Shown: positions 51,863 to 64,000 of the stretch, in pieces
Layout of the letters: every line of letters begins with the position of its first letter
Position numbering within the stretch: the stretch's first letter is position 1
From: Eledone cirrhosa
Taxonomy: Eukaryota
Assembly: GCA_964016885.1 (NCBI GenBank)
Contig: CAXHJY010001472.1
Span: 124,001 to 188,000, forward strand
Direction: 5' to 3'
DNA length: 64,000 nt
Translations under genes and position numbers: made by a program
Notes under the pieces: model-generated
What the model saw: the letters and a program-made list of their open reading frames with translations, nothing else
What the model was told of the DNA's origin: nothing
The model's database searches: none

Positions 51863-53830
51863 TCCTTGTGGCTTCTGATGCAGACATCATGTCCGCCATC
51901 AGGTCCTTCCCAGCTAGCAGCTGCGGAGATGTTGATGGTCTCTGACCAGGCCTCCTCAAGGAGTTGATATCTCCCCTCTCCGCTGAGGCCGGGCGCCGCC
52001 TTCTGAGTGCAATTGTGGCGCTCACCAATAGGCTCATCCATGGCGCCCTGGACTCTTATGCTCGAGGCCTCTTTTTTTCGGCCAGCCTCACCGCTCTCAG
52101 GAAGAAAGAGGATGGCATACGCCCCATTGCTGTGGGCAATGTCTTCCGGAGGCTGGCTGCCAAGGTAATCTGCAAGTCCGTAACACTCGGAACCGGCATC
52201 CAGGGCCTCCAGCCACCTCATTGTCAAGTTTGACATGAGGAATGCCTTCAACTCTTTACGCTGGGATCATCTGCTCGAGGCCTGCCTCAGCCGAGCCCCC
52301 TCTGCCTACCTGTCATATGGAGCCCCAAGCATGCGCCATGCTGCTGATACGGTCATACCCTTGGCTACTGGGATCCAACAGGGCAACCCTTTGGGACCCC
52401 TCCTGTTCACCCTTGGTATTGACCACATCGCCTGGAGTATAACGGCCCCTCTCAACGTTTGGTATCTGGATGATGCTACTTTGGGTGGGCCCGTACAGGC
52501 GGTCTGCCATGACCTTCAATCGGTGGTTCCTGCCCTGGCGGGAATCGACCTCCAGGTCAACTCAGCCAAGTCGGAGGTGGTGAATGTCAGCCTCGATGCT
52601 GCAAGCTTTGCAGTCTCCGTCTTGGACGTGCGGTCCATTCTCCGCCAGGTTCAGGTGACCCCCCAAAGAGGATGCCCTCACCGATCCACCCGCCGGCCAT
52701 CCGCTCCTCCATCAAGTCCAGACTCTCACGAGCCGACTGGGCTTGATTGATGGCCACCCAGTTCTCTTTCTGCTGAGGAACTGCTACGCCATGCCGAAGC
52801 TCCTCTATACACTCTGTGCTACACCTAAACTTGTATCCGAGCAGCAGCCGATGAGATATGCAACTTTACCTGTCAGGTATGGCGGCCTTCGCCTCCAGTC
52901 CCCGATCTCACTAGCTTTGCCGGCATATCTTTCGTCGGTAACCTCGTACCACGTCCTCTTCAGCAGGGTTCTTCAAAACACAACAGAACCCTCTGTGTTC
53001 AGAGAACGCGTGGCCGCCTGTGAGACGTGGGACCGGCTGGGACTTAGCCCAGTAGACGTTCCTCCTCCTTCTCCCCCTGTTGACGTCAAGTCCCCCCCAA
53101 CACACTTGGGATGCCATCCAGTGCAGCCTGGCCTCAGACAGGCTCACGTGCCAGCTCGACCAGCACCGCCTTGTTTGTTTTCGTGCAGCCTCCAAACCCC
53201 ACAGTGGGGCCTGGCTCCATGCCCTGCCCTCCTTCTCCACTCGCACGCAGCTAGACAACAATAGCTTGCGCATCGGCGTTTCCCTGAGGCTCGGCCTCAC
53301 ACCAATGTCGCTGCCGTTCCACCATGGACTCTTTCGGCCTCCACCCGCAATCCACGCCATGCTGCCCTCAACGAAGTCATTAAGCATGGCTTGGACGCTG
53401 CAGGCTTCCCTTCCCAGCTCGAGGGGACGGCAAAAGGCTAGATGGCATGACCATCTTCCCGTTCCGCGGTGGCAAACCCCTCGTCTGGGATGCCACTTGC
53501 ACCGACACTTTCTGCAGCCGCAACCTGGTGCAGTCTGCGACTGGCCCAGGTTCTGCTGCACGTCAGGCTGAGGGGGCCAAACTCCTCACATATCGTTCAC
53601 TCTCCGACAGGTTTGCGGTCGTACCCCTGGAAGTGGAGACTTCTGGTGTCCTCGGCCCCAGGGCTACCTCCTTACTCACCACCATAGGCGCTGAGCTGGC
53701 CAGCCGCAGGTGTGAGCCCCGCGAGTTGGAGTGGCTTTTCCAGCGCGTCTCCCTTGCCGTGCTCCGGGGAAACGCCTTCTCCATTCTGTCCGCCGGGGCT
53801 GTGGGTGGGTCCCATCGCGTACCGTTATGA
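51863..53830 (+). mobile_element. CRE-clade retrotransposon pseudocopy 9
   Basis: Same RT/REL motifs, with the 26-bp deletion. Confidence 0.9.
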
Positions 53831-55679
53831 ATGTATACAAAACAACTAAATCTCTTAAATAACTTCACTTATATCCAAAACATGATTTGTATATACATCA
53901 ACAGTGACTCATTATTATACGCCAGTCACGACCCCACTGCAAAAACGATATCTATATAACAACCCCACCGTAAAACTACTCTTCCCCACTTTACAAACAC
54001 TTTATATTATTTGTCATTAAGGTTTCTTAAAATAAATATATATACGTATGTGTAGTAATTAGTACGGAGACTGAGAGAGAAGGGGCGAGTGTGTCTTCAT
54101 GGAGGGCACATGGGACCAGCAAAGCCCTAAAAGTAGAGACCAGTAAATGAGATAAGGTCCTAGCTATGTTAAGAATATAAATAAGAAACATGTTCTATAC
54201 ATTTAAGAAGACAAGAGAAACATGTTCTAAACATTTAAGAAATAATTATTTACCTCTTTCATGTCGGTAATATAGCGGTGTTATAAAACTAATTATAACG
54301 ACCGGTGTTAAAATAGAGAGAGATAGACAGATAAATGTGTGTCACACTCTCACCCTCTCTTTAAATCTTTTACACTATCTAACTCGTACTTCTCACACTC
54401 TCTTTAAATCTTTTACTCTATCTACCTCTCATTTCTATCTGTGTATGTATGTATGTATCTGTCTATGTGTAACTCGGTGTACTGGAGCAATATGAAGTGA
54501 AGTGTCTTGCTCAAGAAGACATTTTGTGGAGTTATATCATCGTTTCTTGTTATAAAGCTACTTATACTACCGGCGTAACAGTGGCTATAGGTGATAGATG
54601 TAGAAATAAAAGGCTGTAACAGCGATATAAATATAGATGAAATAGTTTACCACGAGACTAAGAATGAATGTTTAATGGAATTAAGTGTAATCTAATAGGA
54701 AATAAGAGGCTAGAGCAGCGAAATGTTTACGTAAAATAAAAGAACAACAAACAAGAGTGCAACATTGAAATTTTTTTTTTTTTTTTGTCGATATAAGCGT
54801 TATTTTATGCGCGATTTGCCTTGCTGCCGGCGCTGCTCAGTCAGTAGCAGCCCCGCTTACGAACTTCAGGAGCCAACGACTTTACATGGTTCGAATCTCA
54901 CCCTCTCCGCTCTTGTCGAGTTATCTCCTACTCTTTTTACTTAGTTCCAGGTCATTAAAATAGAGCAAAGAGGGCGCGGCGATCGGCATATGCACTGGCT
55001 ACAATGTTGAACTTTGGTACTGACTGCGTAGTTGAACGTTCCACATACCAACCGCCCAACTGGCCAGTCAACCGCATATGCGGCTGGCTGGCCGGTTGGG
55101 TAGTTGGCATATGTACTGGCTACCATGCTGAACATTGTACTGACTGTCAAGTTGAACGTTCTAACCCTCTCTTTACATCTATTACTCTATCTACCGCTTA
55201 TTTCTCCCCCTCTCTTTACTTCTATAACTCTATCTCCCACTCTCTTTACATCTATTACAGTGTCTCCCTGTATATATACACGTATATATGCACTAGATTT
55301 TATAAGAAATCTACGTAATAATATAATTAACAATAGTTGATGAATTAGACCAGAGTTAATTAAACAATAAATATGAATGAAATAGCAGTAGATGGCGAAA
55401 CTTGAGTGTTGTGTGTGCATACATATATATGAGGTAAACTGGTTCAAATACTGTCAGGATTATATTGGATCAAAGACTGTATTAAATAGAAAGTAAAAAA
55501 TGAAGTGAAAATATAAAAACAAACTGAAAATTTCCCCATCCCTAGAAAAATTCATATCTTGTTATATATAGATAATTGGCGCTTTAAATTGAATAAATAT
55601 TCATTTATATATATATATATATGTATATATATATGTACACTGATATATATGTGTGTATATATATATGTGTATATATATA

Positions 55680-55726
<47 letters not shown>

Positions 55727-57718
55727 ACTTCATCATACGTCCGCTTTTCCATGCTTGCAAGGGTGGGGTGGGAGCTGATTCTGGATTGGTTTCTACAGCT
55801 GGGTGCCCTTCCTGACGCCAACCCCGTTTGCAGTGAGTGCTGGGTGCTTTTTTTTTTCCGTGGCACCTCCACGTCAGCTTTACAGTGTGGGCTGGGTGCT
55901 TTTTTGCCGCGGCGCCTCCACGACCACTTTGCGGTGGGGTGGTGGGGTGGTATGTGTATACCCAGCCCATTGTCATTTGCCACACAGAAAAGCTTATAGC
56001 ATCGTTCTTTACCCACGATGAATCTAGCAGACCCACCCCTCCACCTGGTCTCTTGAATACAACAAACATCGACCTCCTTACGTTCAAGCATTTCTACAAC
56101 CTCGTTAGAGCCACCCTATAAGGTGCCTACATTAATGGTACCAACTCTGAAGTTTTGGATTGCGTTTGGAGGTTGGGAGCGGTGGGGAGCGGGGATGGGG
56201 TTAGGGTTAGCCATCCGCGGCCGAAACAAAGAGGAGGAGCCCTTGCATTCTCGTCCATGAGGTGGATTTGTCTCTATGTATGTATATGTATATATGTATG
56301 TATGTGTGTGTATGTATGTATATGTATATATGAGTGTATATGTGTATATGTATGTATATGTATGTGTATGTATGTGTATATATGTGTATATGTATGTGTT
56401 TGTATATATGTGTGTGTATGTATATATGTGTGTGTACGTATATATATATATGTATGTATGTGTATATGTATGTATATGTATGTATGTGTATGTATATGTG
56501 TGTATGTATGTATATATGTATGTATGTGTATATATGTATGTATGTATATGTATATATACGTGTGTATATGTATATATACTTATGTGTATATGCTTATGTA
56601 TGTGTATGTATGTATATTTATATTATGTATATATATATATCTATGTATGTGTATGTATGTATATATATGTATGTATATGTATATGTATGTGTATGTATAT
56701 GTATATGTATATGGAGGCACATGGCTTAGTGGTTCGAGCATTGGCCTGGCAATCGAAAGGTTGTGAGTTCAATTCTCAGACCGGGTGATGTGTTGTTTCC
56801 TTGAGCAAGACACTTTATTTCACATTGCTCCAGTTTACTCAGCTGTAGAAATGAGATGATAGGGACTGGGGTCCATATCATTCCACTGCAAAGTGGTCGT
56901 GGAGGTGCCACGGCAAAAAAGCACTCAGCACTCACTGTAAATGAGGTTGGTGTTAGGAAGGGCATCCAGCTGTAGAAATCAAGCCAGAATCAGTTCCCGT
57001 CCCACATTTGCAAGCAGGGAAAAAGCGGACTTAAAACGAAATGATGATGATGATGATGATGATGATGTATGTATGTATGTGTATATGTATGTATGTATGT
57101 ATATGTATGTATGTGTATGAGATGCAGTTTGGTTTTGTGCCGCTGAAAAGTGCAACAGATGCCCTCTTCTTAGTGAGACAACTACAAAAGAGGTTCTTAG
57201 AGAAAAATAAGCCACTATACTTAGCTTTGGACATAGAGAAGGCTTTTGATAGAGAACTCTTATAAATGACAACATATATATATGTGTGTGTATATATATG
57301 TTTTTTTTAAAACTATATATTTATTACTCCCTTAAGCAGAAGAAATATATTCCCAGATATCGAAGATTACCACAATAACTAGGGAGCGGAAATCAATAGA
57401 TGCTGGACATTGCTGCTGACGGTAGGATGACCTGATGAGCTGGCTCCTGTGGTTGATACCTAAACATAGTAAGAGCCAAGTGGGATGACTGAGGTTCACC
57501 TACATACATCAGATGTCTCTGGATCTCCAGCTGGAGATTAATGATCTCAGGAATGCCATGAAAAATCGTGACATCTAAAAAAGAAGAGTAGAATTGTTCT
57601 GGCCAATCCACCTGACCTAATAAACAATAATAATATTAATATATATTGATGAAAATTAATTATGGTGAAATATCTTAGAAATCATTCTCAGAGGTTTTGT
57701 ATTGTAATCCACACTTGC

Positions 57719-59686
57719 TCCTTGTGGCTTCTGATGCAGACATCATGTCCGCCATCAGGTCCTTCCCAGCTAGCAGCTGCGGAGATGTTGATGGTCTCTG
57801 ACCAGGCCTCCTCAAGGAGTTGATATCTCCCCTCTCCGCTGAGGCCGGGCGCCGCCTTCTGAGTGCAATTGTGGCGCTCACCAATAGGCTCATCCATGGC
57901 GCCCTGGACTCTTATGCTCGAGGCCTCTTTTTTTCGGCCAGCCTCACCGCTCTCAGGAAGAAAGAGGATGGCATACGCCCCATTGCTGTGGGCAATGTCT
58001 TCCGGAGGCTGGCTGCCAAGGTAATCTGCAAGTCCGTAACACTCGGAACCGGCATCCAGGGCCTCCAGCCACCTCATTGTCAAGTTTGACATGAGGAATG
58101 CCTTCAACTCTTTACGCTGGGATCATCTGCTCGAGGCCTGCCTCAGCCGAGCCCCCTCTGCCTACCTGTCATATGGAGCCCCAAGCATGCGCCATGCTGC
58201 TGATACGGTCATACCCTTGGCTACTGGGATCCAACAGGGCAACCCTTTGGGACCCCTCCTGTTCACCCTTGGTATTGACCACATCGCCTGGAGTATAACG
58301 GCCCCTCTCAACGTTTGGTATCTGGATGATGCTACTTTGGGTGGGCCCGTACAGGCGGTCTGCCATGACCTTCAATCGGTGGTTCCTGCCCTGGCGGGAA
58401 TCGACCTCCAGGTCAACTCAGCCAAGTCGGAGGTGGTGAATGTCAGCCTCGATGCTGCAAGCTTTGCAGTCTCCGTCTTGGACGTGCGGTCCATTCTCCG
58501 CCAGGTTCAGGTGACCCCCCAAAGAGGATGCCCTCACCGATCCACCCGCCGGCCATCCGCTCCTCCATCAAGTCCAGACTCTCACGAGCCGACTGGGCTT
58601 GATTGATGGCCACCCAGTTCTCTTTCTGCTGAGGAACTGCTACGCCATGCCGAAGCTCCTCTATACACTCTGTGCTACACCTAAACTTGTATCCGAGCAG
58701 CAGCCGATGAGATATGCAACTTTACCTGTCAGGTATGGCGGCCTTCGCCTCCAGTCCCCGATCTCACTAGCTTTGCCGGCATATCTTTCGTCGGTAACCT
58801 CGTACCACGTCCTCTTCAGCAGGGTTCTTCAAAACACAACAGAACCCTCTGTGTTCAGAGAACGCGTGGCCGCCTGTGAGACGTGGGACCGGCTGGGACT
58901 TAGCCCAGTAGACGTTCCTCCTCCTTCTCCCCCTGTTGACGTCAAGTCCCCCCCAACACACTTGGGATGCCATCCAGTGCAGCCTGGCCTCAGACAGGCT
59001 CACGTGCCAGCTCGACCAGCACCGCCTTGTTTGTTTTCGTGCAGCCTCCAAACCCCACAGTGGGGCCTGGCTCCATGCCCTGCCCTCCTTCTCCACTCGC
59101 ACGCAGCTAGACAACAATAGCTTGCGCATCGGCGTTTCCCTGAGGCTCGGCCTCACACCAATGTCGCTGCCGTTCCACCATGGACTCTTTCGGCCTCCAC
59201 CCGCAATCCACGCCATGCTGCCCTCAACGAAGTCATTAAGCATGGCTTGGACGCTGCAGGCTTCCCTTCCCAGCTCGAGGGGACGGCAAAAGGCTAGATG
59301 GCATGACCATCTTCCCGTTCCGCGGTGGCAAACCCCTCGTCTGGGATGCCACTTGCACCGACACTTTCTGCAGCCGCAACCTGGTGCAGTCTGCGACTGG
59401 CCCAGGTTCTGCTGCACGTCAGGCTGAGGGGGCCAAACTCCTCACATATCGTTCACTCTCCGACAGGTTTGCGGTCGTACCCCTGGAAGTGGAGACTTCT
59501 GGTGTCCTCGGCCCCAGGGCTACCTCCTTACTCACCACCATAGGCGCTGAGCTGGCCAGCCGCAGGTGTGAGCCCCGCGAGTTGGAGTGGCTTTTCCAGC
59601 GCGTCTCCCTTGCCGTGCTCCGGGGAAACGCCTTCTCCATTCTGTCCGCCGGGGCTGTGGGTGGGTCCCATCGCGTACCGTTATGA
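57719..59686 (+). mobile_element. CRE-clade retrotransposon pseudocopy 10
   Basis: Same RT/REL motifs, with the 26-bp deletion. Confidence 0.9.
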
Positions 59687-61535
59687 ATGTATACAAAACA
59701 ACTAAATCTCTTAAATAACTTCACTTATATCCAAAACATGATTTGTATATACATCAACAGTGACTCATTATTATACGCCAGTCACGACCCCACTGCAAAA
59801 ACGATATCTATATAACAACCCCACCGTAAAACTACTCTTCCCCACTTTACAAACACTTTATATTATTTGTCATTAAGGTTTCTTAAAATAAATATATATA
59901 CGTATGTGTAGTAATTAGTACGGAGACTGAGAGAGAAGGGGCGAGTGTGTCTTCATGGAGGGCACATGGGACCAGCAAAGCCCTAAAAGTAGAGACCAGT
60001 AAATGAGATAAGGTCCTAGCTATGTTAAGAATATAAATAAGAAACATGTTCTATACATTTAAGAAGACAAGAGAAACATGTTCTAAACATTTAAGAAATA
60101 ATTATTTACCTCTTTCATGTCGGTAATATAGCGGTGTTATAAAACTAATTATAACGACCGGTGTTAAAATAGAGAGAGATAGACAGATAAATGTGTGTCA
60201 CACTCTCACCCTCTCTTTAAATCTTTTACACTATCTAACTCGTACTTCTCACACTCTCTTTAAATCTTTTACTCTATCTACCTCTCATTTCTATCTGTGT
60301 ATGTATGTATGTATCTGTCTATGTGTAACTCGGTGTACTGGAGCAATATGAAGTGAAGTGTCTTGCTCAAGAAGACATTTTGTGGAGTTATATCATCGTT
60401 TCTTGTTATAAAGCTACTTATACTACCGGCGTAACAGTGGCTATAGGTGATAGATGTAGAAATAAAAGGCTGTAACAGCGATATAAATATAGATGAAATA
60501 GTTTACCACGAGACTAAGAATGAATGTTTAATGGAATTAAGTGTAATCTAATAGGAAATAAGAGGCTAGAGCAGCGAAATGTTTACGTAAAATAAAAGAA
60601 CAACAAACAAGAGTGCAACATTGAAATTTTTTTTTTTTTTTTGTCGATATAAGCGTTATTTTATGCGCGATTTGCCTTGCTGCCGGCGCTGCTCAGTCAG
60701 TAGCAGCCCCGCTTACGAACTTCAGGAGCCAACGACTTTACATGGTTCGAATCTCACCCTCTCCGCTCTTGTCGAGTTATCTCCTACTCTTTTTACTTAG
60801 TTCCAGGTCATTAAAATAGAGCAAAGAGGGCGCGGCGATCGGCATATGCACTGGCTACAATGTTGAACTTTGGTACTGACTGCGTAGTTGAACGTTCCAC
60901 ATACCAACCGCCCAACTGGCCAGTCAACCGCATATGCGGCTGGCTGGCCGGTTGGGTAGTTGGCATATGTACTGGCTACCATGCTGAACATTGTACTGAC
61001 TGTCAAGTTGAACGTTCTAACCCTCTCTTTACATCTATTACTCTATCTACCGCTTATTTCTCCCCCTCTCTTTACTTCTATAACTCTATCTCCCACTCTC
61101 TTTACATCTATTACAGTGTCTCCCTGTATATATACACGTATATATGCACTAGATTTTATAAGAAATCTACGTAATAATATAATTAACAATAGTTGATGAA
61201 TTAGACCAGAGTTAATTAAACAATAAATATGAATGAAATAGCAGTAGATGGCGAAACTTGAGTGTTGTGTGTGCATACATATATATGAGGTAAACTGGTT
61301 CAAATACTGTCAGGATTATATTGGATCAAAGACTGTATTAAATAGAAAGTAAAAAATGAAGTGAAAATATAAAAACAAACTGAAAATTTCCCCATCCCTA
61401 GAAAAATTCATATCTTGTTATATATAGATAATTGGCGCTTTAAATTGAATAAATATTCATTTATATATATATATATATGTATATATATATGTACACTGAT
61501 ATATATGTGTGTATATATATATGTGTATATATATA

Positions 61536-61586
<51 letters not shown>

Positions 61587-63630
61587 ACTTCATCATACGT
61601 CCGCTTTTCCATGCTTGCAAGGGTGGGGTGGGAGCTGATTCTGGATTGGTTTCTACAGCTGGGTGCCCTTCCTGACGCCAACCCCGTTTGCAGTGAGTGC
61701 TGGGTGCTTTTTTTTTTCCGTGGCACCTCCACGTCAGCTTTACAGTGTGGGCTGGGTGCTTTTTTGCCGCGGCGCCTCCACGACCACTTTGCGGTGGGGT
61801 GGTGGGGTGGTATGTGTATACCCAGCCCATTGTCATTTGCCACACAGAAAAGCTTATAGCATCGTTCTTTACCCACGATGAATCTAGCAGACCCACCCCT
61901 CCACCTGGTCTCTTGAATACAACAAACATCGACCTCCTTACGTTCAAGCATTTCTACAACCTCGTTAGAGCCACCCTATAAGGTGCCTACATTAATGGTA
62001 CCAACTCTGAAGTTTTGGATTGCGTTTGGAGGTTGGGAGCGGTGGGGAGCGGGGATGGGGTTAGGGTTAGCCATCCGCGGCCGAAACAAAGAGGAGGAGC
62101 CCTTGCATTCTCGTCCATGAGGTGGATTTGTCTTTATGTATGTATATGTATATATGTATGTATGTGTGTGTATGTATGTATATGTATATATGAGTGTATA
62201 TGTGTATATGTATGTATATGTATGTGTATGTATGTGTATATATGTGTATATGTATGTGTTTGTATATATGTGTGTGTATGTATATATGTGTGTGTACGTA
62301 TATATATATATGTATGTATGTGTATATGTATGTATATGTATGTATGTGTATGTATATGTGTGTATGTATGTGTATATATGTATGTATGTATATGTATATA
62401 TACGTGTGTATATGTATATATACTTATGTGTATATGCTTATGTATGTGTATGTATGTATATTTATATTATGTATATATATATATCTATGTATGTGTATGT
62501 ATGTATATATATGTATGTATATGTGTATGTATGTGTATGTATGTATGTATGTGTATATATGTATGTATGTATATATATATGTATGTATATGTATATGTAT
62601 GTGTATGTATATGTATATGTATATGGAGGCACATGGCTTAGTGGTTCGAGCATTGGCCTGGCAATCGAAAGGTTGTGAGTTCAATTCTCAGACCGGGTGA
62701 TGTGTTGTTTCCTTGAGCAAGACACTTTATTTCACATTGCTCCAGTTTACTCAGCTGTAGAAATGAGATGATAGGGACTGGGGTCCATATCATTCCACTG
62801 CAAAGTGGTCGTGGAGGTGCCACGGCAAAAAAGCACTCAGCACTCACTGTAAATGAGGTTGGTGTTAGGAAGGGCATCCAGCTGTAGAAATCAAGCCAGA
62901 ATCAGTTCCCGTCCCACATTTGCAAGCAGGGAAAAAGCGGACTTAAAACGAAATGATGATGATGATGATGATGATGATGTATGTATGTATGTGTATATGT
63001 ATGTATGTATGTATATGTATGTATGTGTATGAGATGCAGTTTGGTTTTGTGCCGCTGAAAAGTGCAACAGATGCCCTCTTCTTAGTGAGACAACTACAAA
63101 AGAGGTTCTTAGAGAAAAATAAGCCACTATACTTAGCTTTGGACATAGAGAAGGCTTTTGATAGAGAACTCTTATAAATGACAACATATATATATGTGTG
63201 TGTATATATATGTTTTTTTTAAAACTATATATTTATTACTCCCTTAAGCAGAAGAAATATATTCCCAGATATCGAAGATTACCACAATAACTAGGGAGCG
63301 GAAATCAATAGATGCTGGACATTGCTGCTGAGGGTAGGATGACCTGATGAGCTGGCTCCTGTGGTTGATACCTAAACATAGTAAGAGCCAAGTGGGATGA
63401 CTGAGGTTCACCTACATACATCAGATGTCTCTGGATCTCCAGCTGGAGATTAATGATCTCAGGAATGCCATGAAAAATCGTGACATCTAAAAAAGAAGAG
63501 TAGAATTGTTCTGGCCAATCCACCTGACCTAATAAACAATAATAATATTAATATATATTGATGAAAATTAATTATGGTGAAATATCTTAGAAATCATTCT
63601 CAGAGGTTTTGTATTGTAATCCACACTTGC

Positions 63631-64000
63631 TCCTTGTGGCTTCTGATGCAGACATCATGTCCGCCATCAGGTCCTTCCCAGCTAGCAGCTGCGGAGATGT
63701 TGATGGTCTCTGACCAGGCCTCCTCAAGGAGTTGATATCTCCCCTCTCCGCTGAGGCCGGGCGCCGCCTTCTGAGTGCAATTGTGGCGCTCACCAATAGG
63801 CTCATCCATGGCGCCCTGGACTCTTATGCTCGAGGCCTCTTTTTTTCGGCCAGCCTCACCGCTCTCAGGAAGAAAGAGGATGGCATACGCCCCATTGCTG
63901 TGGGCAATGTCTTCCGGAGGCTGGCTGCCAAGGTAATCTGCAAGTCCGTAACACTCGGAACCGGCATCCAGGGCCTCCAGCCACCTCATTGTCAAGTTTG
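63631..64000 (+). mobile_element. CRE-clade retrotransposon pseudocopy 11 (cut by window end)
   Basis: Start of the element through the KKEDGIRPIAVG region is present. Confidence 0.88.

Larger units (their letters stand above)
27658..64000 (+). repeat. Right block of ~5.9-kb tandem macrosatellite (copies 5-11; starts 27658, 33468, 39374, 45283, 51185, 57041, 62953)
   Basis: The RT landmark falls at 28610, 34512, 40418, 46333, 52235 and 58091 (spacings 5902, 5906, 5915, 5902, 5856). The array runs off the window end. Confidence 0.98.

Noticed and set aside
1-64000. rDNA, 5S, U-snRNA, spliced-leader or histone gene array as the basis of the tandem unit
   Set aside because: No recognisable signature of these genes was seen by eye. 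An Rfam scan would be needed to exclude divergent ones.
1-64000. Telomere-type retrotransposon array (HeT-A/TART-like successive insertions)
   Set aside because: Identical truncation points, shared inactivating mutations and co-amplified unrelated flanking DNA indicate DNA-level duplication.

Overview
AT-rich, microsatellite-laden eukaryotic (animal) DNA with no host protein-coding gene. The SINE/RTE repertoire resembles cephalopod (octopus-like) repeats, but that is an inference. Almost the whole window is a head-to-tail macrosatellite of a ~5.9-kb unit: 11 copies, of which copy 4 is truncated, copy 5 lacks its first ~100 bp and copy 11 is cut by the window edge. A ~5-kb unrelated block at 22666-27657 interrupts it. 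Each unit contains, in order: an RTE-clade RT fragment, an RTE-like C-terminal fragment, a GC-rich 5'-truncated and disrupted CRE-clade non-LTR retrotransposon (RT, Zn knuckle, restriction-like endonuclease), an AT-rich spacer, a structured island (tRNA-like A/B-box element plus a ~70-nt palindrome between direct repeats), an internally deleted RTE on the minus strand, a long (TATG/TGTA)n tract, and a tRNA-derived SINE with an RTE-like (GAT)n tail. The interrupting block holds a fold-back triplication with tRNA-like heads, a 5'-truncated RTE LINE and a ~23-bp minisatellite. Most ORFs in the track are microsatellite or antisense artefacts.
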